Source of the DNA: an uncultured Candidatus Saccharibacteria bacterium
GTDB taxonomy: Bacteria; Patescibacteriota; Saccharimonadia; CAILAD01; BJGX01
Length of the DNA: 64,000 bases
Assembly: GCA_964425715.1 (NCBI GenBank)
Contig: CAYRNO010000001.1
Coordinates: forward strand, 10,645 to 74,644
Direction: 5' to 3'
Shown here: positions 49,727 through 58,941 of the stretch, one piece after another
Layout of the letters: each line of letters opens with the position of its first letter
Position numbering within the stretch: position 1 is the stretch's first letter
Made by a program: the position numbers and the translations under genes
The notes under the pieces: model-generated
Told to the model about the DNA's origin: nothing
Seen by the model: only the letters and a program-made list of their open reading frames with translations
Database searches by the model: none

Positions 49727-51442
49727 ATGAAAAGCTTAAAATCAGATGTATACGATATAGTTGCTAGCATTTTTGTGGAAGTATTTAGTACCGATCCAGT
49801 TGAATTTAACGTAGATTATTGTGATCTCAAATACGGGCATTTTGCCTGCAATGTTGCTCTTACAAATTCGAAGAATCTTAAGCTCAACCCTGTGGTAGCC
49901 GCAAATCAGTTGGTAAAAAAACTGAAAGATGATGATTGGATGAAGAATGTAGAAGTTCAGAAACCAGGATTTATTAATATTTCCCTCAAAGACAAAATAC
50001 TACTAGAGGCTTTGTATAATAGGTATCCGGATGAAATCCGGCAATATATAGAGATGGGTGGTACCGATCAGACAGTTGTAATCGATTATTCACATCCGAA
50101 CATTGGCAAACCTATGTCAGTACATCATTTGCTTTCTACGGTCATAGGAGATGCTATTAAACTAATCTATAAAGACACTGGGCATAATGTCATAGCAGAT
50201 AATTTTGTTGGTGATATGGGCACTCAGTTTGGCAAATTGATATATGCTATCAAGACTTGGGGTGATATGCAGGCTATAGAGGCTAATCCAGTACCAGAAC
50301 TATTGGCGCTTTATGTGAACTATCATGTAGAATCCGAGAAGAACCCAGAGCTAGACGATTATGCTAGATTGGAATATAAAAAGATTGAGGACAACGATCC
50401 AGAGAATAGGGCATTACTAACAAAAGTACAGGCTTGGAGTATGGCGGAAATGGAGATGATTTATAGACTTCTTGGTGTGGTATTTGATTATTATAATGGT
50501 GAGAGTTTTTATGAAGATAAACTAAAAGACATAGTGGATCTCGGTATCAAGAAAGGAATATTTGTAAAAAGCGAAGGTGCATTGGTCTGTGAATCAGATA
50601 ATCCAGATGATCCGCCAGCTCTTATTCAGAAGAAAGATGGAACTAGTTTATATCTCACAAGAGACTTGGCGAGAGTTGCATATTGGGAGCAACAGTGGCA
50701 TCCAGATCTCATGATAAATGTGGTAGATGTGGCCCAAACTCTTCAGATGAGCCAAGTATATTCAGTTTCAGAGAAGCTAGGTCTCACGGATGCCAGAAAC
50801 ATCCATGTAGTATTTGGAAGGATGGAGTTCAAGGATAAATCTATGAGCACTAGAAGGGGTAATGTAATATTTATTACCGATCTCATAGATGAAACAAAAC
50901 GCAGAGTGCTTTCTCAAATAGTTTCACTTTCTAAATCTTTGAGTAAGGATGATCAAGTACAACTTACAGATATATTGGCTATCAATTCGATTAAATACAA
51001 TATACTTAAGCAGAATCGGTCATCCAGTATAATCTTTGATTGGGATAATATGTTAAATATCGAAGGAAATAGTGCTCCATATCTGGCATATACAGCAGTC
51101 AGGATGCAATCTATTATAAGAAAGAGTGAAGGATATATCGACAAATCAGATAGTACTAACAGTAAAGCTCTTGAGGAATTAGAACTGGCTGAAATCAAAC
51201 TTATTTTGCATGTTGATAAATTAGCTGAATCTTATCATGAAGCTAAGAACAATTTTCAACCAAGCATACTTGCAAGTTATTGTTATGATATCTGTAGGCT
51301 ATACAACAGCTGGTACAACAGTTATAAGATAATTGAAGAGAGTGATGCAAAACCACACAGGATAAGGCTCAATTGTTTAACTCTAAAGGTGGTTAAACAG
51401 TGTTTTGAGTCTCTCGGTTTGAGAATTCCAAACAAGATGTAA
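49727..51442 (+). CDS. argS: Arginine--tRNA ligase (start moved to ATG 49727)
   Basis: PGFIN, DYSHPNIGKP, GDMGTQFG, KKDGTSLYLTRDLA, MSTRRGN, EGNSAPYLAY. Confidence 0.95.
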   Translation: MKSLKSDVYDIVASIFVEVFSTDPVEFNVDYCDLKYGHFACNVALTNSKNLKLNPVVAANQLVKKLKDDDWMKNVEVQKPGFINISLKDKILLEALYNRYPDEIRQYIEMGGTDQTVVIDYSHPNIGKPMSVHHLLSTVIGDAIKLIYKDTGHNVIADNFVGDMGTQFGKLIYAIKTWGDMQAIEANPVPELLALYVNYHVESEKNPELDDYARLEYKKIEDNDPENRALLTKVQAWSMAEMEMIYRLLGVVFDYYNGESFYEDKLKDIVDLGIKKGIFVKSEGALVCESDNPDDPPALIQKKDGTSLYLTRDLARVAYWEQQWHPDLMINVVDVAQTLQMSQVYSVSEKLGLTDARNIHVVFGRMEFKDKSMSTRRGNVIFITDLIDETKRRVLSQIVSLSKSLSKDDQVQLTDILAINSIKYNILKQNRSSSIIFDWDNMLNIEGNSAPYLAYTAVRMQSIIRKSEGYIDKSDSTNSKALEELELAEIKLILHVDKLAESYHEAKNNFQPSILASYCYDICRLYNSWYNSYKIIEESDAKPHRIRLNCLTLKVVKQCFESLGLRIPNKM

Positions 51443-51604
51443 TTATAATAGTATTAATTACAACTTAAATAATTATTCGATAATTAACAGATTAGAATAG
51501 TGTTGTTCAAAATGCTTGTATATTATAGGTAGCAAAATAGCAATATTACTTTTATGATACATTCAAATAGTCCTTCTCAGTTTAAGTAGTATAATATTGA
51601 TATA

Positions 51605-54436
51605 GTGAAAGAAATTATATTAAACTCTGCTCAAAAGAAAGCTGTGACTCATACAGTGGGCCCTATGATGGTAGTAGCTGGTGCCGGCACAGGGAAGACT
51701 GCAATCATTACACTTAGAATTGCAAACTTGATACAGAATTTTGGTGTTAAAGGTGAGAGTATCTTAGCTTTGACTTTTACAGATAAGGCTTCCGAGGAGA
51801 TGGAGGAAAGGGTTGATCAATTATTGCCTTATGGCTACACAGATGTCAGTATTCATACTTTTCATGCGCTTGGTGATATGATCTTACGGGAATATGGTAA
51901 TGAAATAGGTATTTCATCTGATTTTATCGTAATGACTAAATTTCAGCAGGTGATTATGATGCAAAACATAGTCAATAGTTCAGAGCTTATATATCATAGG
52001 CCTTTAGGAGACCCGTATAGTTTCGTGGATGATCTAATCAAATTTGTTTCTAGGCTCAAAGATGAGAATGTCAGCCCTAAGGATTTTGCTGAATTTGTAA
52101 TAAAAAACAAACCAGAAGATAAGCAAGAAGCCCTAAGACAGAGAGAACTATCAATAATCTACCAACTATATTCCGATACTTGTCTAAAACAACAAATGTT
52201 GGATTTTGGTGATCAAATAGTACTTTGTATCAAATTATTAGAGTCTAGACCAGAGATTAAGAAAATACTAAAAAGAAAATATCAGTTTATTATGGTGGAT
52301 GAATATCAGGATACCAATTACGCTCAATCATATTTGCTAAAACTGTTGGTGAATAAACAACAAAATATTATGGTTGTAGGTGATGACGATCAGTCTATTT
52401 ATAGGTTTCGAGGTGCAGCAGTTTCAAATATATTAAAATTTATGGAAGAATATACCAATGCAAAACAGATAGTGATAAGGAAGAACTACAGGTCATCTCA
52501 GAAGATATTGGATAAATCATATCAACTAATTCAAAATAACAATCCATATCGTCTAGAAATACGTAATAAACTTAATAAGAAACTAATAGGCAGCAAAGGA
52601 TACTCAGAAGTTGGTATTGTGGGAGCACAAGATATCTTAACTGAGATGGATACTATAACTGATAAGATAGAAGTATTGATAGAATCCCAGAATATTGATT
52701 ATAGGGATATAGCCGTTTTAATAAGAAAGAATAACCAATCTAAGTCAGTTGCAAATGCACTACTTAGGGCAAAAATTCCATATGTCATATCAGAAAGTCA
52801 AAATCTTTTTGAGCAGTCCGAGATAAGACTGATTTTAAATTTTATACATGTGATTAATAACCCTAATGCTTCAAATTCATTATACGGTCTACTTGTATCC
52901 GATATGTATAAATGCAATTTGAATCATATAGCTCATCTAAGCGGTCGAGCAAGGCAGGCAAATTTATCTTTGGAAAGATTTTTGATTGAAACTAATGAAG
53001 AAATTCCGGTCGAGTGTAATAAATTACTGGAAATGATTAAAAAATACCGTGAGATTTCCAAAGATCAGAATGCTGGCTCCTTGATCTATGAATTTATAAA
53101 AGAGACGGGTTATTTACAATCTTTGATAGAAGATTCGCATAAGAATGCTTCTGCTGCGCAAAAAATTGCTAATATTACACAGCTATTTGTAATTATTGGA
53201 GAATTTGAACAAGTCAATAGATTTGATCCTCATATTTATGCTTTGTGGCAGCATTTAAGCGCAATAGAAGAAAGTGGTGCAGAAATAACTGTCCAACCAT
53301 CACCACTAGATATCAATGCAGTCAGAATCATGACTATTCATAAGGCTAAGGGTTTAGAGTTTGAAGCTGTTTTTATACCTGATATGACTGAACAGAATTT
53401 CCCATCTAGGAAAAGAACAGACAGAATAAGAATGCCAGACGGCCTGATAGAAAACAAAAAAGATGAGAGTATTGAATGGAATATACATGAAGAACGCCGA
53501 CTGCTGTATGTAGCAATAACAAGAGCGAAAAAATATCTATATCTTACTTATTCATATGATCACGGAAAGAAAAGATTGAAAAAACCATCTAGATTTTTAC
53601 AAGAGTTAAAAGGAACAATTCTCGATAAACCCTCGATAGACAAAGTGAATAATATCAGTACTATACAAAGTTTCTCTAGTTTGCCTAAGGAAAGGATAGA
53701 TCCTCTTAGGAGATTTATATCTGAAGATGGGTGGTTGCATATTAGTACCAATCAACTAGCTAATTATCTACGTTCGCCAAAGGAATTTTGGTATTTTGAT
53801 GTCTTGAATTTACCTAAAGGGCCGTTTCATACACTGGTTTATGGATCGGCAATACACTCAGCTCTTGAATTTTTTTATAATTCGATGCTTTCATATAGCT
53901 CTATTAGTATCGAGGACGTACTGCAGGTATACGAAAATAGTTGGAAAAATGAGGGATTTGTCTCTTTGGAGCATGAACTTGATAGGTACAAGCAGGGCCA
54001 ACAGGTCCTTAGGGATCTTTATAAAAGAGAAATAATTGTAAAAAGATTTCCGGAATATGTCGAAAAGCCATTTAGGTTAACAATAGACTCTATGAAGATA
54101 AAAATAAGTGGTAGGTATGATGCAATATACAACGATAATTCAAAGATTGAGATAAGAGATTTTAAAACCGGTAGTGTGACCGAAGTGGCAAGTGCAAATA
54201 AAAGATTAAGGGACAGTCTCCAGATGAAGATTTATGCATTGTCTTGGACAATTAATGAGACTTTACCACTCGATTCAATTAGTTTGTATTTTGTTGAAAG
54301 CGATATCTTGGCTAAAACAAGTAAAATTAACAACGATAAAACTATTGAGCTACTCAAATTGATAGCAACAAACATTAGAAATAGAAATTTCGATGATATT
54401 GGTCAGAGCAGATTGAACTTCGAGGCTTTAATATGA
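51605..54436 (+). CDS. UvrD/PcrA-type SF1 helicase fused to a C-terminal PD-(D/E)XK nuclease
   Basis: AGAGTGKT, VDEYQD, VGDDDQSIYRFRGA, TIHKAKGLEF, EERRLLYVAITRA; SGRYD...IRDFKTG...QMKIY. Confidence 0.92.
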   Translation: MKEIILNSAQKKAVTHTVGPMMVVAGAGTGKTAIITLRIANLIQNFGVKGESILALTFTDKASEEMEERVDQLLPYGYTDVSIHTFHALGDMILREYGNEIGISSDFIVMTKFQQVIMMQNIVNSSELIYHRPLGDPYSFVDDLIKFVSRLKDENVSPKDFAEFVIKNKPEDKQEALRQRELSIIYQLYSDTCLKQQMLDFGDQIVLCIKLLESRPEIKKILKRKYQFIMVDEYQDTNYAQSYLLKLLVNKQQNIMVVGDDDQSIYRFRGAAVSNILKFMEEYTNAKQIVIRKNYRSSQKILDKSYQLIQNNNPYRLEIRNKLNKKLIGSKGYSEVGIVGAQDILTEMDTITDKIEVLIESQNIDYRDIAVLIRKNNQSKSVANALLRAKIPYVISESQNLFEQSEIRLILNFIHVINNPNASNSLYGLLVSDMYKCNLNHIAHLSGRARQANLSLERFLIETNEEIPVECNKLLEMIKKYREISKDQNAGSLIYEFIKETGYLQSLIEDSHKNASAAQKIANITQLFVIIGEFEQVNRFDPHIYALWQHLSAIEESGAEITVQPSPLDINAVRIMTIHKAKGLEFEAVFIPDMTEQNFPSRKRTDRIRMPDGLIENKKDESIEWNIHEERRLLYVAITRAKKYLYLTYSYDHGKKRLKKPSRFLQELKGTILDKPSIDKVNNISTIQSFSSLPKERIDPLRRFISEDGWLHISTNQLANYLRSPKEFWYFDVLNLPKGPFHTLVYGSAIHSALEFFYNSMLSYSSISIEDVLQVYENSWKNEGFVSLEHELDRYKQGQQVLRDLYKREIIVKRFPEYVEKPFRLTIDSMKIKISGRYDAIYNDNSKIEIRDFKTGSVTEVASANKRLRDSLQMKIYALSWTINETLPLDSISLYFVESDILAKTSKINNDKTIELLKLIATNIRNRNFDDIGQSRLNFEALI

Positions 54437-54933
54437 GCAAAATGTTAATCAAAGATAGTTATAGGGACCAAGAATGGCTTGAAAATATGCTAGCAGACAT
54501 ATGGTTTAGGTATTTCAACGATATAGAACAGATTAATGATGTATTTATAAGATATGGAAGAAAAGCAAAGAGAAGACTAGGCTCGATTGGGGTTGACCGA
54601 AAAGACATGAGCTCTACCATTATCACTATAAATCCACTCTATCAAGATACCAGTATACCTGAATACGTAGTAATTGCTACAATAGTACACGAGATGACTC
54701 ACTATGCTCACGGATTTAACTCACCTCATGATCAAAAACAACGACATCCACATAGCGGGGGAGTTATAAGAAAGGAATTTGCCGAAAGGGGGCTAGAAAG
54801 TCTATATACTAGGCAAAAAAAGTGGCTTAAAAACAATTGGCAAGACATCATAGATAAATATTTCGATAATAATACAAGATTATACATACCAAATCGTACA
54901 ATTATCATTAAGCAGCCTTGGTGGATGAGATGA
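54433..54933 (+). CDS. SprT-like zinc metalloprotease
   Basis: VHEMTHYAHG (HExxH) and downstream HPH. Confidence 0.75.
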   Translation: MSKMLIKDSYRDQEWLENMLADIWFRYFNDIEQINDVFIRYGRKAKRRLGSIGVDRKDMSSTIITINPLYQDTSIPEYVVIATIVHEMTHYAHGFNSPHDQKQRHPHSGGVIRKEFAERGLESLYTRQKKWLKNNWQDIIDKYFDNNTRLYIPNRTIIIKQPWWMR

Positions 54934-55101
54934 GTAATATTGTAGTGCAAATTTATATAACTTGTAATCTATATTAACCCGTTATAAAAGAAAAAAACGT
55001 ATATACTTCATTATTTAAAAAATACCAAAAATTTCTATAAGTAAGCGATATTTATAATAGTTATTATTGAAAAATACTTATATATGTTATATAGTTAGAG
55101 C

Positions 55102-55449
55102 ATGAGAGCTAAAACTAGAACAGTAAAGAGATCTAAATCTAGTGACATTAAATATATGTCTAATTCTGGCTATTCGAAAGCTAAAAAAGCACGAATTCGT
55201 TCCTCGCAGAGGGCTAGTAAGCTAGCTATGTCTAAAGCAAGGCAGTATCTGATCTATGCTATAGGGTGTTTTGTCTCTATTCAGCTAATAAAATTTATTA
55301 TGTATAGTATCGTATTTACGGGAGACTCTAGTCCTTCGGGCTTGGTATTCTTGTTCATTATATGGTTACAAACAGGTCTACTTGTGGCTACTTTTATATT
55401 TATAGTAATGGCTACTATCAAGGCTTTATCAAGGCTCTTAAAAGAGTAA
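55102..55449 (+). CDS. Hypothetical membrane protein
   Basis: Basic N-terminus, two TM helices. Confidence 0.65.
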   Translation: MRAKTRTVKRSKSSDIKYMSNSGYSKAKKARIRSSQRASKLAMSKARQYLIYAIGCFVSIQLIKFIMYSIVFTGDSSPSGLVFLFIIWLQTGLLVATFIFIVMATIKALSRLLKE

Positions 55450-55524
55450 GATATAATACAGATATCTTAAATAATTCATGTTTTGTACGCATAGAGTTCG
55501 TAAAAGTTATGTTATACTTATCAT

Positions 55525-56613
55525 ATGAACGATGTTTTAGTATTTGTCGTATTAATAATGAGTGTTTTGTTGCTGATAATGCTCATATTGGTATATTTAA
55601 AGCTTCGTACTTCTCAAAGCTCTACATCTGTAGGGGATCTAAAAAGTGATATACAGAATTTGAGCGCAAGTTTAACTCAGAGCCAGAACCAAATACATAA
55701 TAGAATAGATACAAACAATATCAGTATTCAAGCTAATCTGCATAAGCAGATGAGTGAATCTGCCAAATTAATCGCTGATGTAACACACAGACTAACAAAA
55801 CTTGATGAAACAAACAAAAGAGTAGTAGATGTGGCGGATGAATTAAAGACTTTACAGAATGTTCTATCAAATCCTAAGCAGAGAGGTGTGCTAGGTGAAT
55901 ATTATTTAGGGAGTGTACTAGAGAATGCGCTTGGACCAGAACAGTATAAGTTGCAATATAAGATTGGAAGGGGAGATGACGGTAAGGATTTGATAGTAGA
56001 CGCAGCTGTATTCCTGCAAGATAATAAGGTGTTGCCGGTTGATTCTAAATTCAGTCTAGAGAATTATAATAGATTAATTGAAACTAAAGACCTGGTAGAG
56101 AAAAAGAATATAATCAAGCAATTCAAAGCAGATCTAAAGCACAGGATTGATGAAACAAGTAAATATATACAACCCGACAAGAACACTATGGATTTCGCTT
56201 TTATGTTTATACCTTCTGAGGCGATATACTATGATCTATTGGTGAATAAGATAGGGACACTCGAGACTAGCTCACAGGACCTAATAGAATATGCATTTCG
56301 TGAAAAGAGAGTAATTATAGTATCTCCCACATCATTTTTGGCATATCTACAGACTGTCCTTCAAGGGTTGAGAAGTTTACAGATAGAGGAGCAAGCTAAA
56401 GAAATCCAAAAGAGAGTTGGACTTCTGGGTAAGCATATAGGTAATTATGATGAGTACATGCATAAACTAGGTAATTCTCTTGGTACTACTGTAAATCATT
56501 ACAATACAGCACATAAAGAACTGAAAAAAATCGATAAGGATGTTGTGAAGATTGCTGCAACAGATCCTGCGGTAGAGAGTATTTTGGTGGAAAAACCTAA
56601 GCTAGAAGATTAA
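55525..56613 (+). CDS. rmuC: DNA recombination protein RmuC
   Basis: NPKQRGVLGE, VDSKFSLENY, FAFMFIPSE, VSPTSFLAYL. Confidence 0.93.
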   Translation: MNDVLVFVVLIMSVLLLIMLILVYLKLRTSQSSTSVGDLKSDIQNLSASLTQSQNQIHNRIDTNNISIQANLHKQMSESAKLIADVTHRLTKLDETNKRVVDVADELKTLQNVLSNPKQRGVLGEYYLGSVLENALGPEQYKLQYKIGRGDDGKDLIVDAAVFLQDNKVLPVDSKFSLENYNRLIETKDLVEKKNIIKQFKADLKHRIDETSKYIQPDKNTMDFAFMFIPSEAIYYDLLVNKIGTLETSSQDLIEYAFREKRVIIVSPTSFLAYLQTVLQGLRSLQIEEQAKEIQKRVGLLGKHIGNYDEYMHKLGNSLGTTVNHYNTAHKELKKIDKDVVKIAATDPAVESILVEKPKLED

Positions 56614-56632
56614 TTTCTGATATAATAAATCT

Positions 56633-57619
56633 ATGAATCGTATAGTATCTGGTATAAAGCCTACTGGTGAAGCTCATATAGGAAATTACTTGGGTGCAAT
56701 GAGGTTGTGGCCAAGTTTTCAATCTGATGAAAATCAAGTTTTGTACTTTGTGGCAGATCTGCATAGCTTAAACACTCGACAAGATCCAAGCGAGTTGCAA
56801 AGACGTACATTGGATCTTGTAGCATGGCTTATTACGGTTGGCGTTGATCCTAAAAGAAGTATTATAATGGTACAATCGATGGTTTCCGCACATAGCGAAC
56901 TTTGTTGGATACTTAACAACTATGTCACAATGGGCGAGCTAAGTAGAATGACTCAATTTAAAGATAAAGCCAAAAAAGGCTCATCAGATGGTCAACTTGT
57001 AGGATTATATACATACCCAATACTTATGGCTGCTGATATTTTACTATATGACGCCAATGAAGTTCCTGTTGGTAATGATCAGGCTCAACATGTCGAGCTT
57101 ACACGAGTTATTGCCGAGAGACTAAATAATCTATATGGTGAACTATTTACAATACCAAAAGCTGTACACACACCAAATGCTACTAGAATAATGAGCTTAC
57201 AGGATCCGGTAAAGAAGATGAGTAAAAGTGAGTCTGATAGTAGCTTCGTACTTTTACTAGATACAAAAGATAGTATTATAGATAAATTTAAGCGTGCTGT
57301 GACAGATTCGGATAACAAAATATGTTACGACAAAGCAAAAAAACCAGCAATTACTAATCTTCTTGAAATTTTTGCTGGTTTTAGTGACTATAAGATTGAA
57401 GACATTGAAAAAAAATATGCAAATAAAGGTTACGCAGAGTTTAAGTTAGATCTTGGAATACTTGTAGCTGATAAATTAGGTGTACTTCAAGAATCATTTA
57501 AATCTATACGTGCAGACGAGTCAAAATTGATACATATAATTGAAAAAGGAAACGCTCAAGCATCTAATATTGCAAGAAAGAAGCTAAAAGAAGTTAAAGA
57601 AAAGATAGGGTTGTTGTAA
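56633..57619 (+). CDS. trpS: Tryptophan--tRNA ligase
   Basis: SGIKPTG.AHIGNYLG, YPILMAADIL, VPVGNDQ, KMSKS. Confidence 0.97.
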   Translation: MNRIVSGIKPTGEAHIGNYLGAMRLWPSFQSDENQVLYFVADLHSLNTRQDPSELQRRTLDLVAWLITVGVDPKRSIIMVQSMVSAHSELCWILNNYVTMGELSRMTQFKDKAKKGSSDGQLVGLYTYPILMAADILLYDANEVPVGNDQAQHVELTRVIAERLNNLYGELFTIPKAVHTPNATRIMSLQDPVKKMSKSESDSSFVLLLDTKDSIIDKFKRAVTDSDNKICYDKAKKPAITNLLEIFAGFSDYKIEDIEKKYANKGYAEFKLDLGILVADKLGVLQESFKSIRADESKLIHIIEKGNAQASNIARKKLKEVKEKIGLL

Positions 57620-57671
57620 TATAAACAATATCTATCAACAGGTAAGATTGTAATAATTACGTTAATTTGTA

Positions 57672-57700
57672 TTGACATAAGCATAAGCGTTTGATACAAT
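57672..57700 (+). promoter_or_regulatory. Near-consensus sigma70 promoter
   Basis: TTGACA-17 nt-TACAAT; boxA-like TGTTCTTTAAAAC at 57711-57723. Confidence 0.8.
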
Positions 57701-57706
57701 ATAGTT

Positions 57707-58221
57707 ACATTGTTCTTTAAAACAAAAATAAAAAAATAAAAATATGCCACACACATATATTTATTACATTTCGATAGGTGATCCATGAACTCTAATTGGA
57801 TAACCGTAACCTAACAGTAGAGGAAATCTGGTTCATAAAAAGCAGCCCCCTTGCTTTTTGTGACCAGTTTTTCCCTACTGTTCGAGGTAAGCTATCAGTT
57901 ATACAGTATTTTTTGCACCTTAAGTAACTGATATGCACTATCATTCCGTCGGAGACAACCAGAGTCTGCGCTCTACTTTTTTGGGGCGCGCACTCTGGTT
58001 GTACTACCAGAAGAGTGGTAGGGAAGTCGTCAACAGCACTTCACTACATATGAATGTATATGTGTTGATTGACTACACCCATACTACCTTAGGATCATAC
58101 CTAGGGGAGTTCTCGGGCCAGCGTGTGCCAGTTAAAGTTATACTTTCAAAGGGCAGATACGTTGGCCCGTAACCATAAAGGCATTATAATCTACCAAGCC
58201 GCTATTTTTTAGCGGTTTTTT
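57707..58221 (+). ncRNA. Unidentified large structured ncRNA (~500 nt)
   Basis: At least seven hairpins with plus-strand G.U pairs, bounded by a promoter and a terminator. Confidence 0.7.
58196..58221 (+). terminator. Intrinsic terminator
   Basis: AAGCCGCTA-TTTTT-TAGCGGTTT plus T run. Confidence 0.8.
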
Positions 58222-58550
58222 GTTTATAAAATGTTATTCTTATTTGACACAATTATATATATTAATGTTAGTAAATGCTGACAATATGTCGTGAAGTTAT
58301 ACACATTTGTCCACAGCAAATGAATTGATATAAATAATTGTGTATCAAATAGCTTGCAATAAAATTCAATTTCAGCAACTAATATTAATTAAAAAATCAA
58401 AGAGTAATAATATTGTTCAAAATATAATGCCATAATATCACTATCATAAAAGTTGTTCAAAATTGAATACTTTTATAACGCTAATAAAATATACTTAGAG
58501 TAAGTGTACAATTGAGCATATTTATCGGATAATAAGTAGAGAAATGTATT

Positions 58551-58937
58551 ATGAGAAATAGAGCGATATTATTTATAGAATTAATGCTTTTTATCCTACT
58601 TATAGGATCTCTAAGTATAGACGTGTATATGATGATTAACTTTACTCCTAAACAGCTTGGTCCTGCGGCAATAACTTTTTGGTTTATAGGTGTAGCTATA
58701 TTTATTGCAAGTCTAGTGACTTTGGTGGAATACAACCTGAAACTCAGGAAAGAAGCTAATAGAATGCAGCCTAGGAAAGTTTTGATAAAAACATTGCGAA
58801 CAGGTATATTGCTAGGCTTGACTATTACAATCTTACTAGCATTATCTAGCTTGAGAAGTCTCAGCTTGCGAGATATAATACTCTTTATACTTACCGTAGT
58901 TATAATAGAATTATATTTCCGTACTCGTAAAGCTTAA
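58551..58937 (+). CDS. Four-TM membrane protein
   Basis: Hydrophobic helices; directly upstream of pheS. Confidence 0.75.
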   Translation: MRNRAILFIELMLFILLIGSLSIDVYMMINFTPKQLGPAAITFWFIGVAIFIASLVTLVEYNLKLRKEANRMQPRKVLIKTLRTGILLGLTITILLALSSLRSLSLRDIILFILTVVIIELYFRTRKA

Positions 58938-58941
58938 CTTC

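Noticed and set aside
57933-58172. 79-aa ORF from the track
   Set aside because: Lies wholly within stacked RNA helices, has no SD or leaderless promoter and no recognisable motif; probably incidental
57707-58221. SRP RNA, group I/II intron or pheS T-box as the identity of the large RNA
   Set aside because: No SRP helix-8 motif, no group II GUGYG start or domain V, no group I P7 core, no UGGNACC bulge; the RNA has its own terminator and another gene precedes pheS
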